Origin: a virus
Strand: one strand, 5' to 3'
Length of the DNA: 64,000 bases
Virus record (IMG/VR): IMGVR_UViG_3300002026_002465
Location: 113,949 to 177,948 of that record
In this document: positions 31,059 through 41,749 of the stretch, one piece after another
How positions within the stretch are numbered: position 1 is the stretch's first letter
How the letters are laid out: the number at the start of each line of letters is the position of its first letter
Notes under the pieces: model-generated
The model's input: the letters and a program-made list of their open reading frames with translations, nothing else
What the model was told of the DNA's origin: nothing
Database searches by the model: none
Translations under genes and position numbers: made by a program

Positions 31059-31633
31059 TGAAATCACCAAGAGAATCAAATGAAAGAAAAATTGAATCTT
31101 CTAATATTAGGTTATTAAAAGAATCAAAAGAAAAAGAAGTTCATATAATATCTTCAGGACCTTCAATTAAAGATTTTGATTGGAAGAGTTTAAGAGGTAA
31201 AGATATAATGACTTTAAATGATTCTATATTTTATTTACCTTTAAAGACAACATATCATGTATATAATGAACCTTTTGAAAAAGAACAAAAAAATTATTTA
31301 AAAATGAGTGCCAAGTTTTATAATACAAAGAAATTTACTACATTTGATATACCAGGGTGGTATCAATTAAATTTATATGATGATAAGAATTTGGCATTTA
31401 TGCTTGCAATAAATCTTTCAATAGATTTAGGATATGAAAAAGCTTTTTTATATGGTTATGATTTTGAGTGTATAGGTGGTTTTATACATTGGTGGGACAC
31501 TATTTCTGAAAAAAATGAAAAAACAATAAAGATAAAGATGGAATTAGTTGAAAAACAAAAGATAATGTTTGAAGAATTTAAAGAAAATATTTCTGACAAA
31601 ATCATTCTTCAACAGGTAAGGGTAAAAAAATAA
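31058..31633 (+). CDS. Maf/DUF115-like nucleotide-sugar transferase-fold protein
   Basis: IISSGPSI...IMTLND...AINLSIDLGYEKAFLYGYDF matches the G/N-GPS...a..lG...i.l.G.D pattern. Confidence 0.6.
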   Translation: MKSPRESNERKIESSNIRLLKESKEKEVHIISSGPSIKDFDWKSLRGKDIMTLNDSIFYLPLKTTYHVYNEPFEKEQKNYLKMSAKFYNTKKFTTFDIPGWYQLNLYDDKNLAFMLAINLSIDLGYEKAFLYGYDFECIGGFIHWWDTISEKNEKTIKIKMELVEKQKIMFEEFKENISDKIILQQVRVKK

Positions 31634-32317
31634 ATGAATGGCGAGTATGAAGAAGTTTCACAGAATTTAGAAAAATTAGAAAATAACCTCATTACTGTCA
31701 TTAATGATTTAAAGGCATCAACTGAAATTATTCTTAAAGAATTAACAGGATATCTTAATGTATCAGCCCATGATTTATCAGAAATAAGATCTACAGTTAT
31801 AAAAGTAGAAACAGTTTTAGACTCTATTAAAGACTATATCTCTAAACTAGATAATATAGAAAGAGAAATATATTCTATAAAACCAATCATAGCAGCAACA
31901 GAGTTAAAAATTATAAATGAGTTTCAGAAATTATTCCAATATAATAATGATAACTTTAAAAAACTTGTAAGTTACGTTGGACAATCTATGAAAAAACTTG
32001 ATTTAAATGATTCAAATATTGACAAGAGATTAGAGACTGTAGGGTTGCAGATTAAGCATGTTGGTATGTCATTTAAAGAAACAAAAGAAGAATTAATAAA
32101 AAACCAAGAAGGTTTGTATAAAATAATAAATACACTTGTTAGTGGACAAAATGATGTAGAAAAAGCTCAAATTTCTCTCCAAGGATCAAAGATAAAAACA
32201 GAGGCTGAAATACAAAAAAATAAATTATGGTTTATAGTTAAAATTGTAGGTATATTTTTTAGTTCAGGTGGAATATTGTTTTTTGTCATTAAATCAGTAG
32301 TTGAAATGTTTATCTAA
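31634..32317 (+). CDS. Coiled-coil protein with C-terminal transmembrane helix
   Basis: Heptad-rich body; LWFIVKIVGIFFSSGGILFFVIKSVV. Confidence 0.6.
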   Translation: MNGEYEEVSQNLEKLENNLITVINDLKASTEIILKELTGYLNVSAHDLSEIRSTVIKVETVLDSIKDYISKLDNIEREIYSIKPIIAATELKIINEFQKLFQYNNDNFKKLVSYVGQSMKKLDLNDSNIDKRLETVGLQIKHVGMSFKETKEELIKNQEGLYKIINTLVSGQNDVEKAQISLQGSKIKTEAEIQKNKLWFIVKIVGIFFSSGGILFFVIKSVVEMFI

Positions 32318-32340
32318 TAAATGTTTTAAAGGAGAAATAA

Positions 32341-32901
32341 GTGAGTGAATTATATGATATATTCGTGCGAATAAAAGAACTCCTTTATGAAAAGAAATTT
32401 GAAAAATTAGATCTTCCTGAATTAGTCGAATTAATACTAAAAGAAAATAAAACTAAAAAAGATTTAGAAACTCTGAAATCAGTCTATGAATATGTTGTCG
32501 GAATGGAAAAATCTCTTGAAGATTTAGGAACAATAGTTTATGAAATGATGAGTTTTTCAAGTTCTACTTCTATTGTAGAAATAGAAACAAAGGTTAGAGG
32601 TATAGTTTTAACAGTTGATCAATTTATAGATGGTCTTGCTGCTGTTATTAGAGTTGTCAAATTTAGTGAAAGTAAATTAAAACTTAAACAATCATTAGCA
32701 TATTTAAAATCTATTAGAGGTCTAATAATTAATAAAACTAATGAATATAAATTAAAAATAGGAAAGACATCAATAGATTCTGATACATTTTTAAGATTTC
32801 TTACAGATACAATTGATACCTTTTTAAGAGAGGCTTATATAATTCGTATTCTTAAGATAAAAGATGTAATTCAAAAAACTATAGATATAAATCATGATTG
32901 A
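32341..32901 (+). CDS. Hypothetical helical protein
   Basis: GTG start after SD AAGGAG. Confidence 0.6.
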   Translation: MSELYDIFVRIKELLYEKKFEKLDLPELVELILKENKTKKDLETLKSVYEYVVGMEKSLEDLGTIVYEMMSFSSSTSIVEIETKVRGIVLTVDQFIDGLAAVIRVVKFSESKLKLKQSLAYLKSIRGLIINKTNEYKLKIGKTSIDSDTFLRFLTDTIDTFLREAYIIRILKIKDVIQKTIDINHD

Positions 32902-35900
32902 AAATGTTATTGTTACAAAAACTGGTCAAGAAGCAGATAATACTCAAAAAACCATTTTTTCAACCAACACTCCTTGGGAAAATAATGGATCTAATCTTGT
33001 AGTCTATTTAAATAAAGCTCCATTAGATAAAAACAATTATACAATTATTGATTCATGGAGATTGCAATTTCAGTCTCCACTTAAAACAACAGATGAGATT
33101 CAGTTTATTATTACAAAACTTGGAATATCATTTCAAGCACAAGTTGACAAGTTTAACAAGAAAATAGAAGGCAAAACACAAACTTCATTATTAAAAAAAG
33201 AATATGAAGAAACAATACCATCAAAAATAATAACACACTCAGATGAAATATGGTCATCAACCATACCTTCTTCACCACAAACTGCAGTATCAAATGGTGT
33301 TGTTCAAGTTTTATCATTAAAAGAATTAACTCAAGACACCACTGTCCCAGGGAGAAAAGGATGGTATGCTTCTTCTAATGGATTTTTATCAGGAAGAATT
33401 AAAGATTGGGTTCCTTCAAGATTTGGACAAGCATATCACATACGATTATTTGATGCTGATGGAAAAGAAATAGTATCATCAGATAAAATAGATTGGAGTT
33501 GGGATTATGCTTCTGGGTATTTAACTATATTAAATTCACATAATTATAAAACGCCATTTAAAGTTACTGGTTTTCAATATATTGGAGGTTATGGTGTAGA
33601 TTTAGATGGAATCAGTCAATGGAAAAATCCAATTCCATCTTTTGGACAATTACCAACAGAAGGAAATACTCAAGGCGATGCAAGAATTGTTTTAGATGAT
33701 AATTCTCTATGGAGATGGGATTCACTTAAATCAATTTGGATAAAAATGGTTTCATCTATCATGAAAGATAGTGTTACAACATTTGCAGATCTTTCTGCTG
33801 TTATTTCTTATCCTGGTGATATAAGATTAGTTGATGATGAGAGTATGTTCTATAAATATACTCTCACTGGTTGGGAAAAAATCCTATTTTCACATAATCA
33901 TGATGAGAGATATTATACAGAAAATGAAATAAGTCAAATACTTACAAGATATTCACCAAGTAGTCATGTTCATGATTCTTTATATTATAGACAATATGAA
34001 GTTACGAATATGGTTAGATGGAGAGTGTCTGCGGCAACAGAAGCAGACTTACCTGAATGGACATCATCAAGAGACGGTGATGTTGTTTTAGTTAGATCTA
34101 CAAATACAATTTATAGATGGGATCCTAATAAACTTCCTCTTGGTAAATGGGTTGCTATTATATCTGGAAATCTTACGTGGAAAATGCCAGTTCAAACAAT
34201 TGCTCTTTTACCAACAGTTGATAATAATACTGGTGATGTTAGAATAGTTCTTGAAAAGAAAGAAGCATATATGTGGGATGGAACACAATGGCTTCCATTT
34301 ACCAATAAAGTTCATAATCATGATGACCGTTACTATACTGAGAGTGAAATAAATGTAATGGTTAGATGGCTCCCACCTGTTGCAAATATATCTCTCCTTC
34401 CTTTATCTAATAATACCGATGGTGATATAAGATTAACACTTGATAACAATGCAATATATAGATGGAAAGGATCGTCTTGGATAAATATATCAGCGTCAAA
34501 TACCTGGCGTGATCCTGTAGATTTATTTACAGATCTTCCAATCATGGGAAATAAAGAAGGTGATACAAGAATAGCAAAAGACACTCTTCTCATTTATATT
34601 TGGGATAATAATTATAATATATGGAATGTAGTATCAAACCCTCCACATAATCATAATGATAGTTATTATACTAAAAGTGAATTAGATTCAGGACAATTGG
34701 ACAATCGTTATTATACAGAAAATGAAATCAATGCAATGTTCAATATAAATACTGGTCATAATCATGATGGAACAGATTCTGCAAGAATAGATTATAATGA
34801 TTTATTAAATATACCATATTTTTATTGGAAAAAGCCTGTTGCTACTTATGCATCACTTCCTATTATTGGAAATACAACTGGTGATGCAAGAATAACATTA
34901 AATGAAAATGGATTATATGTTTGGACTGGAGTAAATTGGAATCTTGTTAATTCAGGTTTATTTGCTCCAATGAATCATAATCATGATGAGAGATATTATA
35001 GAGAAGATGAGATTAATAATATCATATCAAACCTTCAACTTTGGGTAACAGATCTTTTATTAGAGAAAGCAAATGTTATTCATAACCATGATGAGAGATA
35101 TTATAAAAAAGAAGATATTGATCAAGAGTTTGATGATAGATTCGACAAAGATTTAGGTCATGATCATGATGGTGTTAATTCAAAAAGAATAAGTTATTAT
35201 AACTTAGAAGATGTCCCTCCATTAAATGCTCATACTCATGATGATTTATATTATAGAAAAACAGAATTAGCAACTCCTGGAGAGGCTGAAGTTCATTGGG
35301 AAAATGTAGCATCAAAGCCTGATTTAGCAAATGGACACTGGAAAAGCCCTGTTCAAACATTTCAAGATTTACCTGCAACTAATAATGAATTATATGATAT
35401 TAGAATTGTATTAAATGATAGTGATATATATGAGTGGAGTGGAACAGAATGGATATATGTTGGACACTGGGATAATCAATATGTAAATTATTGGAGAGAA
35501 CCAGTTGAAACTTATAACTCCCTTCCATTAGTTAATAATGTAAGAGGTGATATACGCCTTGTTATATCTGACAACTCTCTTTATAGATGGGATGATGAAA
35601 TAAAAAGATGGGTTGTTTTATCATCAAATAAAACAAATGTTCAGATTTATCAAAATGGTCTCCATTTAGTTCAAAAAGTCGAATGGCTTAGAACAAAAGA
35701 AAAGGCAGTTGAATTGCTCACACCAGCATTTGGTGGGGATAGAATAACGTTAATTATTAATGGTGATTATTATATTCGTAAAGACTTTGTTGCTTGGCAA
35801 GGACAAACAATCTTTGAATTAAGTAATGAGTATTATAGACAAGATTGGGTTGTTCAACAAAATCAAATGGTTTTTATGTTAGATAAGAACTATATAATGA

Positions 35901-37948
35901 ATGCTAAAAATCTTGTTATATGGTGGAATGGTTTATTACAAAGAAAAGGAAAAGATTATATTGAATCTTCTCCAAACTCTTTTACGTTTAATCATATTAT
36001 ATATCCTGAAGATCATGTTATTGCAATAATAATGGACCAGGCTTCTGGTGAAGGAACATATGTAATAGAAGATCAACAAGCAACATCAGGTCAAACAGTT
36101 TTTAATCTTGAAAACTTTTATATACCAGGAAGTAAAACATTATTAGTTTATTTTAATGGAGATTTATTAAAACCAGGTGATGATTATTATGAAACATCAA
36201 ACTCAACTATTGAGTTAAGAGCAATAAGTGCAACAACTGAAGATACCCTGTCATTTATTATATTTGGAAACGGAATTGGTGGCGGATGTTGTAATGCTAA
36301 AGATATTATATTAGGAACTCCAACAGATGGAGCTTGGTCTGATGGTCTTTTATATTTATTTGATGAAATGAAATTAAACGACTCAATTGATGATATTAAT
36401 GAGGTGTTAAAAGATATAGCACCAGAAGCTCCTACAACTTTTGATAACCTGCCATTAGATAAAAATGGACTCTCATTATTTTCAGGATATGTATCTAATA
36501 ATAATATAAATTATGAAACAGGATATGGACAAACTGGAGCTGGTCAATATCAAAATTATTTAACAGAAAGTCAATCTTTTTATCTATACTCTCCAAATGA
36601 TACTTGTTTTGGAGATGCTGATAAAGGAACTATTACACTTTATTTAAATGGCGTGATTATAGATTCATTTAGATTATATGCAGCCTTTGTTGAAGATAAT
36701 GCTTCAGCCTCTCAAACATCTATTTCTTATGGTCAATTGTTTTCAGGTGCAAGAGAAAACGAAGGTATAACTGGAACAGATGGTGCTTTGAGAAATTCTA
36801 TGAATGGATATATTTCTATAATGAATGTTGGTATTTATAATAATTTTAAGATGTGGCAAAAAGGAAGAATAAGAATAAATATAACACCAGGAACATTAAG
36901 ACAAGGTTATAATTCAATCTATATTGTTCATAAGTCAGCAAATTTTAATAGAAAATCTGTTGCATTAAAACTATTTTTAGATACAGCAAATGCCAGACCA
37001 TACTTGGCACAACAAACAATACTTGAAAATACATATTTGATATCATCCAAGTATTGTTCAGGTATTAGATATTATTCTATTGGTGATAGGTTTAATGTTC
37101 GTTTTACAGGAATTGGTATTTTTAATAATACATTTGCTATGGCTCCAGTTGAATTAGATATGCCAGGACTTCAACCTTATGAAATAGAATGGAATCATGA
37201 AGATATAACAGGGCCACAAAATCCACCACGTCTTGGAGATTTATTTAATTTTAATGGAGAGATCATATTGAATGAGTATAATGAATATGATTCAAATGCT
37301 ATAATGACAATAACAACAAAGGATCCATTTGGATCTGGTGCTACAACCACTACTACTCCTGTAAATAGATTGATTAATACATTTACAAATGGAAGTTCTG
37401 ATTTAATTGAATTTTTCAGAGATGAAATCTATCGCCTCCCTGCTGGTGATTATAATTCAATACCATCAATTAGAGTTAATGCTTGGAATAGTCAAAACTT
37501 GCTACAATCAGGTAATGCTATGTTATTTAATAGAAAATTAAAATATGCTAATTTAAATTTTTCTAATTATACGCCACCTCAAACAGCCAATTATTCAGGT
37601 TTTACCGGACCACAAACATATTATAGAAGTTTTTACAAACATGCGGCAAAAAATGGTGGAATTATACAAATTAATGGTGTAACAATACAAGATATAACAA
37701 GCAATAGAGTGTTAATTGATATTAAACTTCCTGCTAAAACAGGTTGGTTATCACTTAATAAAAATTATGATGTTAGTGTTTTTACAGGGTCAGATGGAAA
37801 CGGATGTTTGCTTAAAGTTGATGGTAATAATTATTATTATTCATCAGGAACATTTTCAACCGCAAGTAGTGGATATATGGTTGTTGTAAGAATAACTCTT
37901 CCAAACTCTAATATACCTGAAATAGAATATATGGAAATGAAGTGGTGA
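32894..37948 (+). CDS. Large modular virion structural/fibre protein (1,684 aa)
   Basis: About 9 WxxPVxTxxxLP...GDxR repeats, about 9 HxH(D/N) motifs, C-terminal domain shared with ORF 50083. Confidence 0.75.
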   Translation: MIENVIVTKTGQEADNTQKTIFSTNTPWENNGSNLVVYLNKAPLDKNNYTIIDSWRLQFQSPLKTTDEIQFIITKLGISFQAQVDKFNKKIEGKTQTSLLKKEYEETIPSKIITHSDEIWSSTIPSSPQTAVSNGVVQVLSLKELTQDTTVPGRKGWYASSNGFLSGRIKDWVPSRFGQAYHIRLFDADGKEIVSSDKIDWSWDYASGYLTILNSHNYKTPFKVTGFQYIGGYGVDLDGISQWKNPIPSFGQLPTEGNTQGDARIVLDDNSLWRWDSLKSIWIKMVSSIMKDSVTTFADLSAVISYPGDIRLVDDESMFYKYTLTGWEKILFSHNHDERYYTENEISQILTRYSPSSHVHDSLYYRQYEVTNMVRWRVSAATEADLPEWTSSRDGDVVLVRSTNTIYRWDPNKLPLGKWVAIISGNLTWKMPVQTIALLPTVDNNTGDVRIVLEKKEAYMWDGTQWLPFTNKVHNHDDRYYTESEINVMVRWLPPVANISLLPLSNNTDGDIRLTLDNNAIYRWKGSSWINISASNTWRDPVDLFTDLPIMGNKEGDTRIAKDTLLIYIWDNNYNIWNVVSNPPHNHNDSYYTKSELDSGQLDNRYYTENEINAMFNINTGHNHDGTDSARIDYNDLLNIPYFYWKKPVATYASLPIIGNTTGDARITLNENGLYVWTGVNWNLVNSGLFAPMNHNHDERYYREDEINNIISNLQLWVTDLLLEKANVIHNHDERYYKKEDIDQEFDDRFDKDLGHDHDGVNSKRISYYNLEDVPPLNAHTHDDLYYRKTELATPGEAEVHWENVASKPDLANGHWKSPVQTFQDLPATNNELYDIRIVLNDSDIYEWSGTEWIYVGHWDNQYVNYWREPVETYNSLPLVNNVRGDIRLVISDNSLYRWDDEIKRWVVLSSNKTNVQIYQNGLHLVQKVEWLRTKEKAVELLTPAFGGDRITLIINGDYYIRKDFVAWQGQTIFELSNEYYRQDWVVQQNQMVFMLDKNYIMNAKNLVIWWNGLLQRKGKDYIESSPNSFTFNHIIYPEDHVIAIIMDQASGEGTYVIEDQQATSGQTVFNLENFYIPGSKTLLVYFNGDLLKPGDDYYETSNSTIELRAISATTEDTLSFIIFGNGIGGGCCNAKDIILGTPTDGAWSDGLLYLFDEMKLNDSIDDINEVLKDIAPEAPTTFDNLPLDKNGLSLFSGYVSNNNINYETGYGQTGAGQYQNYLTESQSFYLYSPNDTCFGDADKGTITLYLNGVIIDSFRLYAAFVEDNASASQTSISYGQLFSGARENEGITGTDGALRNSMNGYISIMNVGIYNNFKMWQKGRIRINITPGTLRQGYNSIYIVHKSANFNRKSVALKLFLDTANARPYLAQQTILENTYLISSKYCSGIRYYSIGDRFNVRFTGIGIFNNTFAMAPVELDMPGLQPYEIEWNHEDITGPQNPPRLGDLFNFNGEIILNEYNEYDSNAIMTITTKDPFGSGATTTTTPVNRLINTFTNGSSDLIEFFRDEIYRLPAGDYNSIPSIRVNAWNSQNLLQSGNAMLFNRKLKYANLNFSNYTPPQTANYSGFTGPQTYYRSFYKHAAKNGGIIQINGVTIQDITSNRVLIDIKLPAKTGWLSLNKNYDVSVFTGSDGNGCLLKVDGNNYYYSSGTFSTASSGYMVVVRITLPNSNIPEIEYMEMKW

Positions 37949-37956
37949 GGTATTAA

Positions 37957-38341
37957 ATGACAATAAGACAATTAAAAAAAAATATATGATTATACAGATG
38001 ATGAGTTTATAAATGGAAGGCTTGTTGTTAATTTAAAAGATGATTGGGGACACGTTGATAGAAATGGTAAAGTAACCACTCCAATTATTTATGAATGGGT
38101 TAGTGTTTTTTGTGGAGAAAGAGCCAGAGTAGAGTTAAATGGAAAGTATGGGCATGTTGATTTAAATGGCAAAATAATTACACCTATTATTTATGATATA
38201 GCATATAGTTTTAATTCAGATACAACAAGTGTTTCATTAAATAGAAATTATGGACAAGTTAATTTAGATGGGGAGTTGCTTGTAAAATATAGAAGAAAAT
38301 TTATTAAAGCAGTTTTTAAATTGTCAAAGAAGAAAATATAG
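37957..38341 (+). pseudogene. WG-repeat protein frameshifted at an A9 tract (127 aa if A8)
   Basis: ATG 37957 after GAGG; stops after 10 codons; the other frame reads WGHVDRNGKVTTPIIYE / YGHVDLNGKIITPIIYD / YGQVNLDG; missing from the ORF track. Confidence 0.75.
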
Positions 38342-38350
38342 GAGAATAAG

Positions 38351-38953
38351 ATGAGATTAAAAAATATTAATATTGATGAAAGAAGCTCAACTTTTTCAGA
38401 CGAAAATCAAAAAAAGACTTTAAAAGAAATGTCATCTTCTGTTAATAAATTAGGAGAAGTATTTGATAGTATGGTAAATCTTGAAACATTTATTCTCCAA
38501 AGTATTTATCAAGAGTTATCAATTCTAATTGGTATAAAAAATGATAAAGAAAAAATAGTTCAAGAAAATGGATTAGATTCATATTTAGAAGATTATTTTA
38601 AACCAGCTGCATATAAAATGGAAGAAAAGATAATATCTTCTATAAAAGATTGGGATGGTGAAAATGATAGATTATCAACAAATGAAATAAAAGAAACCAT
38701 AGTTGTATTAAAAGAAGTTTCAAACTTTTTAAAAATAAGTGGAAATAAATTTCAATCATTAAGTATTTTAAACGATATGATTGATGAATTTGGATATTTT
38801 CAAATATGTAAAGCTGTTTTTACAGGTGATATAGTTGATAGAGTTGTTGTATTAACAAAATTGAAAACAGAAATAAAAGAAGTTTTTTCAGAACAATCAA
38901 TTACAAAAACAGAACAGCCTAAAAGAAAAAAATTAACAATAGATGATTTATAA
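38351..38953 (+). CDS. Hypothetical protein
   Basis: 200-aa ORF, SD AGGAG. Confidence 0.65.
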   Translation: MRLKNINIDERSSTFSDENQKKTLKEMSSSVNKLGEVFDSMVNLETFILQSIYQELSILIGIKNDKEKIVQENGLDSYLEDYFKPAAYKMEEKIISSIKDWDGENDRLSTNEIKETIVVLKEVSNFLKISGNKFQSLSILNDMIDEFGYFQICKAVFTGDIVDRVVVLTKLKTEIKEVFSEQSITKTEQPKRKKLTIDDL

Positions 38954-38967
38954 AAAAGGAGTTTATT

Positions 38968-39198
38968 ATGTCAAAATTAGAGGATAAGGCAAAAGAGTAT
39001 GCTGAAAAAATAAACAATCTTGAAAACTTAAATATTCAACCCGCTGAATTACAAAGATATCATTCTTTGTCTGAGCAAGAGTTTGATAAAAATATGCAAA
39101 AGATTGAAGATTCATTGCAAGATGATATAAAAAAGATACCAGAAGTTTTAATTGTTTTCAATAAAATTCTTGGATCGTTAAAAAGGATTTCAAAATAA
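38968..39198 (+). CDS. Hypothetical protein
   Basis: 76-aa ORF, SD AAGGAG. Confidence 0.6.
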   Translation: MSKLEDKAKEYAEKINNLENLNIQPAELQRYHSLSEQEFDKNMQKIEDSLQDDIKKIPEVLIVFNKILGSLKRISK

Positions 39199-39389
39199 TG
39201 TCAATTAAAGGTTTAAATAATATATTAAAACAAAGAGAAGAACAGTATGGTTTTAATAATGGTGTAAAGAAAGAAACTTCTAATTCTGAAGAATTTGATA
39301 TTTTACAAAAAGCAATAGCAACACTTGCTGAAAATCAAAAAATGATTTACGAAAAACTTATAGAGATAAGAAATAAACTAGGGGAATAA
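39198..39389 (+). CDS. Hypothetical protein
   Basis: 63-aa ORF coupled to the previous stop. Confidence 0.55.
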   Translation: MSIKGLNNILKQREEQYGFNNGVKKETSNSEEFDILQKAIATLAENQKMIYEKLIEIRNKLGE

Positions 39390-39391
39390 TT

Positions 39392-40468
39392 TTGGCATCT
39401 AAAGATACTCAAATCAATATTGCATATAAAAAATTCCTCAAGCGTCAATATACTACGACTGATAAAAAATGGCATGAAGAGTATCCTGGAAAAGCACTCA
39501 ATATAAAATTAAGTGATGTTTGGATTGATGTCATTCCAAATAACCCACCTTTAGTTGATACATCTGTTATAAAAATAATAACAAAATTAGAATTAACCCA
39601 AGATGTTACAGTTGATGGAGCTGTATCATGGGTGGCATGTTCTACTCCAGGTGATTTAAATACACGCCTTGGTGATTTTATTCAACCTGATAAAGAGTTG
39701 AAACAAGGGTATTATGTAAAATTATATGATTCAAGTGATACTCAAATATATGTTGGAGATGATTTAAATTGGGAGTTTGATTATGCCAATGGAAATTTGA
39801 CATTTGAATTTTCTCCTACAAATTATGTAGCTCCATTTAAAATATCATGTTATCAATATATAGGAAGAAGTGGTTTTAACACTGAAGATTTCGTTACTCC
39901 ATTAGATGAATCTTATGATGGAAAGAATGGATCAGGGTCTGGAAGGATAATTCATGCAGACTTTGGACCTGTTCAAATTACACCATCAAATGGTTCTGCA
40001 GCTTTACAATTAGACCCTGTAAACTATATTCCATCTATTGGATTAGCTGATGGTCAGTTAATAAATAATAGTGGAATTTTATATATATATGATTCAACTC
40101 GTGTAAAATGGATTAGTATGAATAGACAAAACATTACATTTGGAATGAAAAGAGCAGATGGATGTTATTTAAACATAGCTGATTTCTCATCATCAACTTC
40201 AGGTTGGCCAGCTTTAAGAAAAGGAACCATATTAGGAATAACAGCTCAAGCATCATCAGGATATGCAAATAAAAAATTTATAATAAGCAGAAATAATGAT
40301 CCTACATCTATATTTGATTTTAATTTAAATAATTATTATTATGCAAATTCAAACATCTCAATTGACTTTGAAATGAATGATATAATTAAAATACTAGCAA
40401 CATCAGAGTTTACAACTACATATAATGTTGTAATTACTGTTGAAGTTGCATGGAGGTTATCATCATGA
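39392..40468 (+). CDS. Virion structural protein, paralogue of ORF 53642
   Basis: TTG start; shared PLQL.P....GQ....GILYxYDSTRxKW module and terminal W-R/K motif. Confidence 0.65.
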   Translation: MASKDTQINIAYKKFLKRQYTTTDKKWHEEYPGKALNIKLSDVWIDVIPNNPPLVDTSVIKIITKLELTQDVTVDGAVSWVACSTPGDLNTRLGDFIQPDKELKQGYYVKLYDSSDTQIYVGDDLNWEFDYANGNLTFEFSPTNYVAPFKISCYQYIGRSGFNTEDFVTPLDESYDGKNGSGSGRIIHADFGPVQITPSNGSAALQLDPVNYIPSIGLADGQLINNSGILYIYDSTRVKWISMNRQNITFGMKRADGCYLNIADFSSSTSGWPALRKGTILGITAQASSGYANKKFIISRNNDPTSIFDFNLNNYYYANSNISIDFEMNDIIKILATSEFTTTYNVVITVEVAWRLSS

Positions 40469-40689
40469 TTAAGTTTGAAGAAGGGTATAAACAAAAAGAT
40501 TTTATATTTTTTAGAAATCCAACCACTGGTCCTAACTTTTTGAAGGATAATAAGCCTTTTTATGAATTAGCCATTGTTGAAATAGCTAAAGGTGGTGTTT
40601 ATAATGATACAATGTCATGGGATGGTAATTGGAATTTTAAAATTATAAAAAGATTTTTTGGTGATGGCAGTTATGATAGATTTATTTAA
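40465..40689 (+). CDS. Hypothetical protein
   Basis: ATGA overlap with the previous stop; SD GGAGG. Confidence 0.55.
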   Translation: MIKFEEGYKQKDFIFFRNPTTGPNFLKDNKPFYELAIVEIAKGGVYNDTMSWDGNWNFKIIKRFFGDGSYDRFI

Positions 40690-40808
40690 GAGATAAAGTG
40701 TAATATGTTATATAGAGATTGGGAGAGTTTAGCGAAATACTTGGATAAAAATGGCTTATTTTCAGATGTATTTAATGAGATTTTTAATAAATAAGCATAT
40801 ATTAAGAT

Positions 40809-41192
40809 ATGGTTATAGATGAAAAATACTATCTTGAAATAGAATCTGATTTAAAGAAGTTATTAGCTTATGAATTAGATAATAAAATTTGTTCTATTAA
40901 AAATGATGCTTATAAAGCATATTTTACGAAATCGGATGAATGGGACAAAAGGAAAAAATACTTTTTTTTTGATATAAAAACATTCAAAAAATCTCTCGGC
41001 ACAAATCCAATTATGGCAATGGGTGAAGTTATGATAAAAATTGGAAAATTTGTGCAAGATAAGTCTGATGATAAAATTCAAATGTTGTCAGAAATAAATT
41101 TTGTAAATCAATATACTGATGATTTTAGAATTCGCATCAAATTTATATCTTATGATATGGCTGCCAAGATTTTATTAAATCAGAGCCAATAA
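40809..41192 (+). CDS. Hypothetical protein (C-terminal AKILL)
   Basis: 127-aa ORF. Confidence 0.6.
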   Translation: MVIDEKYYLEIESDLKKLLAYELDNKICSIKNDAYKAYFTKSDEWDKRKKYFFFDIKTFKKSLGTNPIMAMGEVMIKIGKFVQDKSDDKIQMLSEINFVNQYTDDFRIRIKFISYDMAAKILLNQSQ

Positions 41193-41200
41193 GGGGAGAG

Positions 41201-41749
41201 ATGGCTTCGTCTAATGATCAGATTATACAGAACTTTGATAAAGAAACATGCAAAGAATTGTCAGTAGATATTTCAAAAACGGATAATAACATTATAATTG
41301 TGAGTTTAAAAGGATATATAGACACTTATAATACAACATTTCTTTTAAGTAAAATGAATATGGTTTTTAATAAAGGTTATTATAATATTATTATGAACCT
41401 TGCAGGTATAAATTATGTATCATCAACAGGTATAGGAGCCTTTACTTCATTCTTAAAAGAAGTAAATAAACAAGGTGGTGGTATTTGTTTAATGAATTTA
41501 CAATCAAAAGTTTATGAAGTTTTCCAACTCCTTGGATTTACATCATTTTTTACTATAGTAGATAGTATTGATCTTGCAACTGAAAAACTATTGGATAAAA
41601 AAATACACAAAGAGTCTAGTTTCCCAGCTGTGACAGAATGTCCAGTTTGTAATAAAATGCTTAAAATGATGAAAGCTGGCAAATTTAGGTGTTCTGAGTG
41701 TAAAACTATACTAAGAATAGATGATAATGCTAAGATGTTTTTAGTTTAG
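41201..41749 (+). CDS. STAS-domain anti-sigma-factor antagonist with C-terminal Zn ribbon (spirochaete type)
   Basis: LKGYIDTYN...NLAGINYVSSTGIG...VYEVFQLLGF STAS core with phospho-acceptor Ser; FP..TECPVC...AGKFRCSECKTIL. Confidence 0.85.
   Translation: MASSNDQIIQNFDKETCKELSVDISKTDNNIIIVSLKGYIDTYNTTFLLSKMNMVFNKGYYNIIMNLAGINYVSSTGIGAFTSFLKEVNKQGGGICLMNLQSKVYEVFQLLGFTSFFTIVDSIDLATEKLLDKKIHKESSFPAVTECPVCNKMLKMMKAGKFRCSECKTILRIDDNAKMFLV

Noticed and set aside
31634-32317. Holin assignment for the coiled-coil/TM protein
   Set aside because: No adjacent endolysin, and a single C-terminal TM is not diagnostic
40705-40794. 29-aa ORF MLYRDWESLAKY...
   Set aside because: Too short and has no SD; cannot be supported
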